NCBI GenBank assembly: GCA_964401845.1
Contig: CAYOAD010000002.1
Location: 1-62,728 of the forward strand
DNA from: an uncultured Rhodospirillaceae bacterium
Lineage (GTDB): Bacteria; Pseudomonadota; Alphaproteobacteria; UBA2966
Direction of reading: 5' to 3'
DNA: 62,728 nucleotides
Part shown: positions 51,792-60,953 of the stretch, in pieces
How positions within the stretch are numbered: the first letter of the stretch is position 1
Layout of the letters: every line of letters begins with the position of its first letter
Notes under the pieces: model-generated
The model's database searches: none
What the model saw: only the letters and a program-made list of their open reading frames with translations
What the model was told of the DNA's origin: nothing
Program-made: the position numbers and the translations under genes

Positions 51792-54662
51792 ATGACGAGC
51801 CGCAAGGCCCCCACCAAAAACTACGCACGGTTGACCAAGGCTCAGCTTATTAAGGAGCTCGCCGCAGCCCGGGCCGAATCCCCGAATCCGCAATCCGACG
51901 GCAGCCAACCGGACTCCAGCCCCGGCGGAAGCGAGGGTATCTACCGCGCCATCGTGGAGGCCACCAGCGAGGGCGTCTGGGTGACGGATTTGGAGCGGCG
52001 AACCACCTTCGTCAATCAGCGATTGGCCGATATGCTTGGCTGCCGTCCTGTCGACATGATCGGAAAACCGGCAGCCGACTTCGTTCCCCCTGACTACCAC
52101 GCCCAACTTGGGCGCAATTTGGACCTCCGTGCACAGGGAATCTCCGGTCAGTCCGAGTATCGGCTTCAGCGCCAGGACAAGACTTTTTTTTGGGTGCTTG
52201 CGAATTCGTCGCCCTTGCTTGACGAACGCGGCGATGTTGTTGGTGCGCTGGTGACGGTAGCCGACATCACCGAGCAAAAGTCAGCCCAGGACGCCATAAG
52301 CGAAAGCGAGGAGCGATATCGCAAGCTAACAGAGGGCTCAATTCAGGGCATCGGAATACTGCAGGACGACCGGGTGGTTTTCGTCAATCCCGCGTTCGCC
52401 GATCTCCTCGGCTACGAACCCGACGAAATCATCGGCCGCGCCGTCAACGAGTTCGTCGCGCCGTCATTCCAGGATGTGGTGAACGACCGCCGCCGAGACC
52501 GTTTGAGCGGCGGTGACGCGGTATCCATGTATGAAATGCTGGTTCTGCATAAAAGCGGCAGAGAGATTTGGGTCGATCAACTGGCCCAGGTCGTTCAGTG
52601 GGACGGCAAGCCGGCCGTGCAGGTCTCGGTTGTCGATATATCCGCGCGCATTGCCGCTCTTGAAGCCCTGAAGGAAAGCGAAGAACGCTTCCGGGACTTT
52701 GCCGCATCGGCTTCGGATTGGCTGTGGGAGACGGATACCGAAGGGCGGATCAGGTGGGAATCCGAAAATCCCGAAATTAATCCGGGCATCCCCCTCCGTC
52801 GCATTGAAGGCTTGCCAAGGCAGGAAATCGCCGGAAGCCTCATGTTGGAAAAGGCGTGGGCTCCCTACCAGCAGGCCATCGATGAACACCGCGACATTCG
52901 GGATTTCGAGTACAGCTACGCCAACCCCAATGGCGATATCCGCTTTGCCCGCGTCAACGGCAAGGCCCTTTTCGATGCTACCGGATCGTTCATTGGCCAC
53001 CGCGGCGTCGCCACGGATATCACGAAACGCAAACTCGACGAAGAACGCCTCGATCGCCTGGCCGCAGCCATGGACCAAATTACCGAGATGGTCGCCTTGT
53101 ATGACGACCAGGATCGCCTTGTTACCTTCAACAAACCTTTCAAGGAGGACAACCGCCGCATCGCAGACCTTGTCGTGCCGGGTACGACTTTTGAAGAACT
53201 CGCAAGGGCCGCAGCCGCCAGGGGCCTGACCCCCGTGGCACGGGAAGGCAACCGGGATTGGCTGACCGAACGGCTGGATCGCCACCGCAATCCAGCGGGC
53301 GCGTTTCAACTTCAAAGGTCGGGGGGCGGTTGGGACCTCATTCACGAACAACGTCTCGCCGATGGAGGTATTGTGACGGTTGTCTCGGACATCACGCCGC
53401 AAAAGCGGGCTGAAGAGTCTCTGCGGGAAAGCGAAAACCGCTTCAGGCTGCTCTTCGACAACGCCGAAATTTCGATTTGGGACGAAGATTTTACCGGCGC
53501 AATGAGGGAGCTTTCGAAATTACGCGCCCAGGGGGTCACGGATCTTCAGACCTACCTGACGGATCACCTTGATGAAGCCTTCCGCATCGCCGCCCTGGTT
53601 CAAATCAACGACGTCAACGAGGCCACCCTGGCGCTCTACGGCGTGGCGACAAAGGATGATTTCATCGAATCGCTCGACGGCATCATGACCGAGGAGTCGA
53701 TCTTCGTTTTTATCGGCGTCCTCACTGCAATGTGGAACGGCGATCCATATTTTTCGACCGAGGTTTCACATAAGACCTTTGACGGCCGGGACATAACGGT
53801 AATCGTCTCGGTGCCGATACCACGCGACGCGGAGGAATACGATCATGTGCCGGTGTGCGTACTCGACATTACGGAGCAAAAACAAGCGGAATTGGAAATC
53901 GTTGCGGCGAAAGAGGAGGCCGAATACGCCAACCGGACGAAATCGGAATTTCTCGCCAACATGAGCCACGAACTGCGAACACCGCTCAATGCCATTTTGG
54001 GTTTCGCGCAAATCATCCGGGATCAGACTTTCGGCGGCGGCGCCAAGGACCGCTACATCGACTATGCCGGCGATATCCACGGCAGCGGTGAACACCTTCT
54101 GGAAATAATCAACGACCTTCTGGACCTGTCAAAAATCGAAGCCGGCAAGGCGGAAATCAACGAAATCGTATTCCCTGTCGACCATGCCATCCAGGATTGT
54201 GTTTCCCTCGTCGCCGGGCGGGCCAGTGAGTCGGGGCTCTTGCTGAACGCGGAACACGCTGGGGATTATTTGGAAATCCTGGCGGACGAGCGCATGTTCA
54301 AGCAGATGCTCCTGAACCTTCTCTCCAACGCCATCAAGTTCACCAAACCGGACGGACAAATCGAAATCGGAGTCCGCCATGAGGAAGACGGTAGTCTCGA
54401 TATCAGCGTATCGGACACGGGGATTGGGATCGAAGAGGAGGATATTCCGCTGGTGCTGTCGCCGTTCGGTCAGATCGCCAACGTCCTGACCAGGGATCAC
54501 GTTGGGACTGGCCTGGGATTGCCCCTGGTGTCTTCCCTTGCCGAACTCCATGGCGGCAAACTAACGCTTGAGAGCAATTTTGGCGTCGGCACAAGAGCAA
54601 CGGTCTGGTTTCCGCCAGAAAGAGTGTTTACCTCGTCATCAACCTTACCGGACCCGGTTTAG
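51792..54662 (+). CDS. soluble multi-PAS sensor histidine kinase
   Basis: ~956 aa with no hydrophobic segments and at least five PAS/PAC blocks (YRAIVEATSEGVWVTD; FRDFAASASDWLWETD; ...). H-box NMSHELRTPLNAI. ATPase boxes LLSNAIKFT, DTGIGI, GTGLGLPLV. ATG 51792 follows the TTG used by the ORF track. Confidence 0.9.
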   Translation: MTSRKAPTKNYARLTKAQLIKELAAARAESPNPQSDGSQPDSSPGGSEGIYRAIVEATSEGVWVTDLERRTTFVNQRLADMLGCRPVDMIGKPAADFVPPDYHAQLGRNLDLRAQGISGQSEYRLQRQDKTFFWVLANSSPLLDERGDVVGALVTVADITEQKSAQDAISESEERYRKLTEGSIQGIGILQDDRVVFVNPAFADLLGYEPDEIIGRAVNEFVAPSFQDVVNDRRRDRLSGGDAVSMYEMLVLHKSGREIWVDQLAQVVQWDGKPAVQVSVVDISARIAALEALKESEERFRDFAASASDWLWETDTEGRIRWESENPEINPGIPLRRIEGLPRQEIAGSLMLEKAWAPYQQAIDEHRDIRDFEYSYANPNGDIRFARVNGKALFDATGSFIGHRGVATDITKRKLDEERLDRLAAAMDQITEMVALYDDQDRLVTFNKPFKEDNRRIADLVVPGTTFEELARAAAARGLTPVAREGNRDWLTERLDRHRNPAGAFQLQRSGGGWDLIHEQRLADGGIVTVVSDITPQKRAEESLRESENRFRLLFDNAEISIWDEDFTGAMRELSKLRAQGVTDLQTYLTDHLDEAFRIAALVQINDVNEATLALYGVATKDDFIESLDGIMTEESIFVFIGVLTAMWNGDPYFSTEVSHKTFDGRDITVIVSVPIPRDAEEYDHVPVCVLDITEQKQAELEIVAAKEEAEYANRTKSEFLANMSHELRTPLNAILGFAQIIRDQTFGGGAKDRYIDYAGDIHGSGEHLLEIINDLLDLSKIEAGKAEINEIVFPVDHAIQDCVSLVAGRASESGLLLNAEHAGDYLEILADERMFKQMLLNLLSNAIKFTKPDGQIEIGVRHEEDGSLDISVSDTGIGIEEEDIPLVLSPFGQIANVLTRDHVGTGLGLPLVSSLAELHGGKLTLESNFGVGTRATVWFPPERVFTSSSTLPDPV

Positions 54663-54802
54663 GTTCGATGGGGGCAAATCGATTCCGGCGGAAAAATCCG
54701 CCTGAAAATCGGCACTCGCCACCACGCAAGACTTGCCATCGCGGGCCGAACCGTGGACATTGCCGCCCGGACCCCATCCGCAAACGATGAAAGACACCAT
54801 TC

Positions 54803-55555
54803 ATGAACAAAATCGACCTGAACGGCCGTAAGGCCATCATCACCGGCGGCGCGCGGGGGATCGGCAAGGGCGTGGCCGAACGCTTCCTCAATTCGGGTGC
54901 GGCGGTCGCTCTGTGGGACCTCGACACCGATCAGGCCCAGGCCACGGCAACCGAACTCGGCAGCCTCGGCACCGCCATCGGCGTCGGCGTCGACCACACC
55001 GACGAAGCGTCCGTGGCGTCTGCGCTGGCCGAGACCGAAAGCGGCATCGGCCCCGTCGACATCCTGGTCAACAGCGCCGGCATCGCGGGGGCCAACAAGA
55101 AAGTCTGGGAGTATACGCCTGAGGAATGGCGCCAGGTCATCGACGTCGACCTGGTTGGCCCTTTCATGTGCTGCCGCGCGGTGGTGCCAGGCATGATGGA
55201 GCGCGACTACGGCCGCATCGTCAACATCTCCTCGGTCGCCGGCAAGGAAGGCAACCCCAACGCCTCCCACTACAGTTCCGCCAAGGCGGGCCTGCTGGGC
55301 CTGACCAAATCGCTGGGCAAGGAACTGGCGCATACCGGGATCACCGTCAACGCCATCACGCCGGCGACGGTCGGCACCGAAATGCTCAACGACTGCACCC
55401 AGGAGCACATCGACTACATGCTGTCCAAGATCCCCATGGCGCGCTTCGGCAAGGTCGAGGAAATGGCGGCGATCATCGCCTGGCTGGCCAGCGAGGACTG
55501 CTCCTTCTCCACCGGCGCCACCTTCGACATGTCGGGCGGACGGGCGACCTACTGA
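54803..55555 (+). CDS. SDR family oxidoreductase (FabG-like)
   Basis: AIITGGARGIGKG, NSAGI, NISSVAG, YSSAKAG (YxxxK). 250 aa. Confidence 0.9.
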   Translation: MNKIDLNGRKAIITGGARGIGKGVAERFLNSGAAVALWDLDTDQAQATATELGSLGTAIGVGVDHTDEASVASALAETESGIGPVDILVNSAGIAGANKKVWEYTPEEWRQVIDVDLVGPFMCCRAVVPGMMERDYGRIVNISSVAGKEGNPNASHYSSAKAGLLGLTKSLGKELAHTGITVNAITPATVGTEMLNDCTQEHIDYMLSKIPMARFGKVEEMAAIIAWLASEDCSFSTGATFDMSGGRATY

Positions 55556-55603
55556 TCGGCAGACGCCGTATGGCTGGACGCTAATTCAATACCCATATAG
55601 ATT

Positions 55604-55641
55604 GCGCCCGATCCTTTTTCCGGTTCGGGCGCATTCTTTTT
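55604..55641 (+). terminator. Rho-independent terminator downstream of the SDR gene
   Basis: GCGCCCGA (55604-55611) pairs with TCGGGCGC (55625-55632), 13-nt loop, followed by ATTCTTTTT. Confidence 0.65.
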
Positions 55642-56548
55642 GACCAACCCATCCCCATCTCGCGGCGGCAGCGGCGGCGCTTTCGGCAGCGGCGATTTCT
55701 ACGTTATCGCGGTGGCGATCGTCTGGGGCGTCAACTTTCCCATCGCCAAGCAGGTGCTGGGCGTGCTCGATCCCATCGTCTTTTCCTCGATCCGCTATCT
55801 CACCGGCGGTCTGCTGCTGTTCGCGGTGATGGCCATGCGCGGCGACAGTCTGCGTTTTGCCCGCAGCGATATCCTGCCGCTGACCGGCCTGGGTCTCCTC
55901 GGCATCACCATTTTCCAGGGTCTGTGGGCGTATGGCCTGGACCTGACGACGGCGCCCAAGGCGGCCATCCTGGTCGCCACGGCGCCAATTTTCGGCGCCT
56001 TGCTGGCCGGGTTTTCGGGCCATTGGCCGTCGTTCAAGGCCTGGCTCGGCATTTTCGTCTCGTTCGCCGGCGTTGCGGTTGTGATCAACGGCAGCGTGAC
56101 GGAATTCACGGTCGGCGGCGGCACGCTGACCGGCGATATCCTGATGATGGGAGGGTCCGTCGTCTGGGCGCTCTATTCGGCGCTGGCCGGCAGGTTCGTC
56201 AATCGTCTGGGCGCGCTCAAGGTAACGGCCTTCGGCATGGTCGCGGGCGCCATCGCGCTAACCCTGCTGGCGGCGCCGGTCATGGCGGATCAGCGCTGGC
56301 AGGAGATGACGGCCGGACTGTGGTCCGCCACGGCGTTCTCCACCGTTTTCGCCGCCGCCATCGCTTTCGTCTGGTGGTACAAGGGCCTGGCGGTATTGGG
56401 CGTCACCCGCGCCATGGTCTATTCCTATCTCATCCCCATTGTGGCTATCATTGTCTCGGTCGCCGCCTTCGGCGCCGATTTCAATTTTGTCCAAATCATC
56501 GCGTCCCTTGTCGTCCTCGCCGGCGTGCAGGTGACGCGGACCAGCTAG
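55640..56548 (+). CDS. DMT superfamily (EamA-type) transporter; start uncertain
   Basis: Ten hydrophobic segments with VWGVNFPIAK at the start of the first EamA repeat. The only in-frame upstream start is TTG 55640, which overlaps the terminator T-tract. No ATG precedes the first helix. Confidence 0.8.
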   Translation: MTNPSPSRGGSGGAFGSGDFYVIAVAIVWGVNFPIAKQVLGVLDPIVFSSIRYLTGGLLLFAVMAMRGDSLRFARSDILPLTGLGLLGITIFQGLWAYGLDLTTAPKAAILVATAPIFGALLAGFSGHWPSFKAWLGIFVSFAGVAVVINGSVTEFTVGGGTLTGDILMMGGSVVWALYSALAGRFVNRLGALKVTAFGMVAGAIALTLLAAPVMADQRWQEMTAGLWSATAFSTVFAAAIAFVWWYKGLAVLGVTRAMVYSYLIPIVAIIVSVAAFGADFNFVQIIASLVVLAGVQVTRTS

Positions 56549-56560
56549 GGAAAGCCCGAA

Positions 56561-57841
56561 ATGCTCGACGACCAGACAGCGACCCGGATCATGAAAGCCG
56601 TCGACGACGGCTTCGACGAGCAAACCGACTTCACCGCCGAACTGGTCAAGTTTCCCTCCGTGCGCGGAGCCGAACAGACGGCCCAGGATTTCATGGCCGA
56701 GCAGCTGCGGGAGCGCGGCTACGGCGTCGACCGCTGGAAGGTGAACATCGACGACATCGCCCACCTGCCCGGCTTCTCCCCCGTCCACGTCAATTACGAC
56801 AACGCCTACAACACGGTCGGCACCCATCGTTCGAATGCGTCGACGGGCCGGTCGCTGATCCTCAACGGCCACATCGACGTGGTGCCGGTGGGACCGCTCG
56901 AGATGTGGACGACGCCGCCGTTCGAGCCGCGTATCGAGGAAGGCTGGATGTATGGCCGGGGTGCGGGCGACATGAAGGCCGGCATCGGCGAATGCGTCTA
57001 CGCGCTGGACGCCCTCAAGCGGCTGGGTTACGTCCCCGCCGCGGACGTCCACATCCAGTCCGTCATCGAGGAAGAATGCACCGGCAACGGCGCGCTGGCC
57101 TGTCTGGCGCGCGGTTATAAGGCTGACGCCGCCCTCATCCCAGAACCGCTGGGTGAACAGTTGATCCGGGCCCAGATCGGCGTCATCTGGTTCCAGGTCA
57201 AGCTGCAGGGCCGCCCGGTCCACGTGCTGGAGGCCGGTTCGGGCGCAAACGCCATCGAGGCCGCCTTCCCCATCATCCATGCCCTGCACGAGATGGAAGA
57301 CAGGTGGAACGCGCCGGAGCGCCGCCATGAGGCCTATGAAAACGTCGATCATCCCATCAACCTCAACGTCGGCCGCATCGCCGGCGGCGACTGGCCGTCG
57401 AGCGTGCCGGCCTGGTGCACCTTCGACGTGCGCGTCGCCATCTTCCCCGGCCAGGACATCGACGAAGCGCGCAACGAGATCGAGGACTGCATCCGCGCCG
57501 CCGCCCAGGCCGACCGCTTCCTCGCCAACAATCCGCCGGAGATCGTCTATCACGGCTTCCTCAGCGAAGGTTACGTGCTGACAAACGCTGACGAGGCCGA
57601 GGCGGTCTTGGGCTGGGCGCATCAGCAGGCCTATGGCGAAGCGCTTTCGGAAATTGCCACCACGGCCACCACCGACGCCCGCTTTTTTGGCCTTTACGCC
57701 GACACGCCCGGCCTGGTTTACGGCCCGGTATCTGAAAACATCCACGGTTTCGACGAGCGCGTCAGCCTCGAATCCGTGCGCCGCAACACCCAATCCATGG
57801 CGCTCTTCATCGCCGAATGGTGCGGCCTCGACGCCGCCTGA
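56561..57841 (+). CDS. M20-family metallo-deacylase (ArgE/DapE/acetylornithine deacetylase type)
   Basis: LILNGHIDVVP, GRGAGDMKAG, EEECTGNG metal-ligand blocks. 426 aa. Confidence 0.85.
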   Translation: MLDDQTATRIMKAVDDGFDEQTDFTAELVKFPSVRGAEQTAQDFMAEQLRERGYGVDRWKVNIDDIAHLPGFSPVHVNYDNAYNTVGTHRSNASTGRSLILNGHIDVVPVGPLEMWTTPPFEPRIEEGWMYGRGAGDMKAGIGECVYALDALKRLGYVPAADVHIQSVIEEECTGNGALACLARGYKADAALIPEPLGEQLIRAQIGVIWFQVKLQGRPVHVLEAGSGANAIEAAFPIIHALHEMEDRWNAPERRHEAYENVDHPINLNVGRIAGGDWPSSVPAWCTFDVRVAIFPGQDIDEARNEIEDCIRAAAQADRFLANNPPEIVYHGFLSEGYVLTNADEAEAVLGWAHQQAYGEALSEIATTATTDARFFGLYADTPGLVYGPVSENIHGFDERVSLESVRRNTQSMALFIAEWCGLDAA

Positions 57842-57867
57842 GTTATCGCCCCTGCAAGGAGACCTAC

Positions 57868-58974
57868 ATGTCCGCCAAGTCCAAGCCCCCGTTTCACGCC
57901 GAACACGTCGGCAGCCTGCTGCGCCCCAAGGAACTGACCCAGGCCTTCCGGGCGCATCGTGAAGGAAACCTCGGCGATGAGGAGTTCCAGGCCATCCAGG
58001 ACAAGGCCATTGCCGATGTCGTCAAGCTGCAGGAGGACGCCGGGCTTGAATTGGTGACGGACGGTGAGTTCCGCCGCTCCTCCTATTGGGCGCATTTCGT
58101 GGAGAAAGTCGACGGCCTCGGTATCACCAACGCCTCGTTCAAGTTTCACGATGACCACGGCCATGAACTCGACTTCACCGCCCCGGTTGCCGAAGCGCCG
58201 GTGCGCCGCACCCGGACCATCTCCGGAGACGAGTATGGTTTTTTGAAAACCGTCACCTCCAAAACGCCCAAGATCACCATGCCGTCGCCGCCGACCATGC
58301 ATTTCTACCGCCTGGGCGCCAGCATCGCCGATGGCGTCTACGACAGCGAAGACGCCTACTTCGCCGATCTCGCCAAGGTTTACGAGCAGGAAATCGTCGC
58401 CCTTGCCGCCGACGGCTGCACCTACGTGCAGATCGACGAGGTGCCCATCGCCATGCTGTGCGACCCTGCGGTGCGCGAAAAGGTTTCCACCGAAGGCTAC
58501 GACCCCGACGGGCTGATGACGAGTTACGTCGACGTGCTCAACGCCTCCATCGACAACCGGCCCGACGGCGTCACGGTCGGCCTGCATCTCTGCCGCGGCA
58601 ACTTCAAGGGCCATTATCTTTCCGAAGGCGGCTACGAGACCGTGGCCGACCGGTTGTTCAACGGCATCAAGGTCGACGCCTTCTTCCTCGAATATGACAC
58701 GCCCCGCGCCGGCGATTTCGAAGCGCTGAAATACGTGCCGGACAACAAGAGCGTCGTGCTCGGCCTTGTCAGTTCAAAGACGCCGGAGCTCGAATCCAAG
58801 GATGACCTCAAACGCCGTATCGACGATGCCGCCCGCTACGTCGACATCGAACGGCTGGGCCTCAGCCCGCAATGCGGTTTCGCCAGCACAGTTGCCGGTA
58901 ATCCCGTAACGGTGGATGATGAGATCGCAAAACTGACATTGATCGTGGAAACGGCCCGCGACGTCTGGGGCTAA
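57868..58974 (+). CDS. MetE-C-terminal-like (cobalamin-independent methionine synthase II family) protein, second paralogue
   Basis: FHAEHVGSLLRPKEL, TDGEFRRSSYW, Zn-ligand-type blocks GLHLCRGNF and LSPQCGFAS. ATG 57868 follows AAGGAGA. The ORF-track start at 57817 overlaps the M20 gene. Confidence 0.85.
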   Translation: MSAKSKPPFHAEHVGSLLRPKELTQAFRAHREGNLGDEEFQAIQDKAIADVVKLQEDAGLELVTDGEFRRSSYWAHFVEKVDGLGITNASFKFHDDHGHELDFTAPVAEAPVRRTRTISGDEYGFLKTVTSKTPKITMPSPPTMHFYRLGASIADGVYDSEDAYFADLAKVYEQEIVALAADGCTYVQIDEVPIAMLCDPAVREKVSTEGYDPDGLMTSYVDVLNASIDNRPDGVTVGLHLCRGNFKGHYLSEGGYETVADRLFNGIKVDAFFLEYDTPRAGDFEALKYVPDNKSVVLGLVSSKTPELESKDDLKRRIDDAARYVDIERLGLSPQCGFASTVAGNPVTVDDEIAKLTLIVETARDVWG

Positions 58975-58993
58975 CGCAAGAGGAACTTGGATT

Positions 58994-59785
58994 ATGGACA
59001 TCAAGGGTAAGGTCGCGATCGTCACCGGCGGCGGCACCGGCATCGGTGCCGCCACAGCCAAACGCCTGGCGGCGGACGGCTGCAATGTGGCCATCAATTA
59101 CCGCTCCAGCGCAGACGCTGCCAAGGACGTCGCGGCGGCTTGTGAGGCCTTGGGCGTCGAAGCCATCACGGTTCAGGGCAGCGTCGCCGAGGACGCCGAC
59201 TGCAAGGCCATCGCGCAAGCCGCGCTCGACAAGTGGGGCCGCATCGATGTTCTGATCAACAACGCCGGCATCACCCGCTTCGTCCCGCACGGCGATCTCG
59301 ACGGATTGCAGATGGAAGACTTTCAGGATCTCAACGCCACCAATGTCGTCGGTCCCTACCAGATGACGCGCGCCGTCGTGCCGGCCATGCGCGAGGCCGG
59401 ACAAGGCCGCATCGTCAACACCTCATCCATTGCCGGCGTCGTGGGCAACGGCTCGTCCCTCGCCTACGTGTCGACCAAGGGTGCGCTCAACTCCCTGACG
59501 CTGGGTCTCGCCCGCGCGCTGGCGCCTGAGATCACCGTCAATGCAGTTTGCCCCGGCCTCGTCATGACGGAATGGTACCGCCACATGACCGATGACAGCC
59601 AGGCCGCGCTGCAGGACAATTACGAAGGCATGGTGCCGCTGGAACGCGTCAGCACCGGCGAGGATATCGCCGACGCCATCATGTACCTCGTCACCACCTC
59701 CGGACCCGTGACGGGCGAGTTGATGATCATCGATAGCGGTCTTCGTTTGGGCGGCAAGTCACCCCACCACCGCGACAAGGAATAG
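58994..59785 (+). CDS. SDR family oxidoreductase
   Basis: AIVTGGGTGIGAA, NNAGI, TSSIAG, YVSTKGA (YxxxK). 263 aa. Confidence 0.9.
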   Translation: MDIKGKVAIVTGGGTGIGAATAKRLAADGCNVAINYRSSADAAKDVAAACEALGVEAITVQGSVAEDADCKAIAQAALDKWGRIDVLINNAGITRFVPHGDLDGLQMEDFQDLNATNVVGPYQMTRAVVPAMREAGQGRIVNTSSIAGVVGNGSSLAYVSTKGALNSLTLGLARALAPEITVNAVCPGLVMTEWYRHMTDDSQAALQDNYEGMVPLERVSTGEDIADAIMYLVTTSGPVTGELMIIDSGLRLGGKSPHHRDKE

Positions 59786-59789
59786 TCCG

Positions 59790-60929
59790 TCAATACCCCG
59801 TCAGCGTCGCGAACCGGTCGCGGTGCCAGGCGGGGCTGCCGAAGGTTTGTTCGGCGACGCGGGCGCGTTTGAGGTAGAGGCCGGAATCGTGTTCATCCGT
59901 CATGCCGATGCCGCCATGCATCTGAACACCCTCGCTTGACACCAGATGCATGGTCTCGCCGACCTTGGCCTTGGCGAAGCTGGCCATGGCCGGGATGCGG
60001 TTGCTGCCGTCGTCGACGGCGCTGAGGGCCTCCATCACCACGGATTTACAGATTTCAAGTTCCGCGAACATGGCGACCGCGCGGTGCTGCAGGGCCTGGA
60101 AGGTGCCGATGGGCTGGCCGAACTGATGGCGGTCCTTGAGGTACTGCAGAGTAAACTCGAAGATCTGTGTGGCCGAGCCCAGCATTTCCGCGGCCAGGGC
60201 AATGCGTGCCCGGTCGAGCACGGCGTCGAGGATATCGGCGCCCTGATCGACCGCGCCGATGACGGCGTCGGCGCCAGCCTGGACATTGTCAAATGTCGCG
60301 TTCGCGGCGTTACGCGAATCGACCATGATGGTGCGTTCGCACGCCACGCCGGCCGTATCCGCATCGATTAGGAACAGTGTGATCCCGTTACGGTCGCCGG
60401 CGTCACCCGACGTGCGGGCGGCGACGATCAGTTTGTCGGCGGTATGGCCGTCGAGGACGAAGGTTTTTTTTCCGGAAATCTTGTAGCCGCCACCGTCGGC
60501 ACTCGCCGAGGTGGCGATATCGTAGGGCGCGTGATGGGGTTTTTCCTCGAGCGACAGGGCCAGCAGGCATTCGCCCGCAGCAATCTTCGGCAGGATGTCG
60601 GCCCGCTGGGCTTCGCTGCCGCCCAGCAGGATGGCCGAAGAACCCAGCACCACGGTCGACAGCAGCGGCGAGGCCAGCAAGGTCTTGCCCGTTTCCTCGA
60701 TAACCACGCCCAGGCCCTGGAAGCCGAAGTCGGCGCCGCCGTGTTCCTCGGGAATCAGGATGCCGGCCCAACCGAGCTCGACCATCTCCCGCCAGAGTTC
60801 ACGGGAAAAGCCGTCCTTGTCGGCGTCGTCGCGCAGCTTGCGCAAGGCCGTTACAGGCGCTCGGTCGGTGACGAAATCGCGTGCCGAATCGCGCAGCAAG
60901 ATCTGTTCTTCGGTTAGAACCATACCCAT
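59790..60929 (-). CDS. acyl-CoA dehydrogenase family protein lacking the canonical C-terminal catalytic-Glu motif
   Basis: ACAD N, middle and C domains (GYKISGKKTFVLDG; MHGGIGMTDEHDSGLYLKRAR). The position normally occupied by (Y/I)EG(T/G) reads TFGSP. Confidence 0.85.
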   Translation of the reverse strand: MGMVLTEEQILLRDSARDFVTDRAPVTALRKLRDDADKDGFSRELWREMVELGWAGILIPEEHGGADFGFQGLGVVIEETGKTLLASPLLSTVVLGSSAILLGGSEAQRADILPKIAAGECLLALSLEEKPHHAPYDIATSASADGGGYKISGKKTFVLDGHTADKLIVAARTSGDAGDRNGITLFLIDADTAGVACERTIMVDSRNAANATFDNVQAGADAVIGAVDQGADILDAVLDRARIALAAEMLGSATQIFEFTLQYLKDRHQFGQPIGTFQALQHRAVAMFAELEICKSVVMEALSAVDDGSNRIPAMASFAKAKVGETMHLVSSEGVQMHGGIGMTDEHDSGLYLKRARVAEQTFGSPAWHRDRFATLTGY

Positions 60930-60953
60930 CGCTCGGGGTCCTTCTCAAATACG

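Noticed and set aside
52184-52191. Homopolymer runs inside genes (T8 at 52184-52191, T8 at 60464-60471, A8 at 2026-2033) as possible slippage or phase-variation sites.
   Set aside because: All three are read in frame with sensible protein sequence on both sides (KTFFWV; SGKKTFV; QKKKKA). There is no sign of a frame change, unlike the G-run in the amidase.
54661-54802. GGTTCGA-containing intergenic stretch and small hairpin (GGCGGA-AAAA-TCCGCC) after the PAS kinase, checked for a tRNA or terminator.
   Set aside because: No cloverleaf can be drawn: there is no acceptor or anticodon stem complementarity. The hairpin is only 6 bp and has no T-tract.
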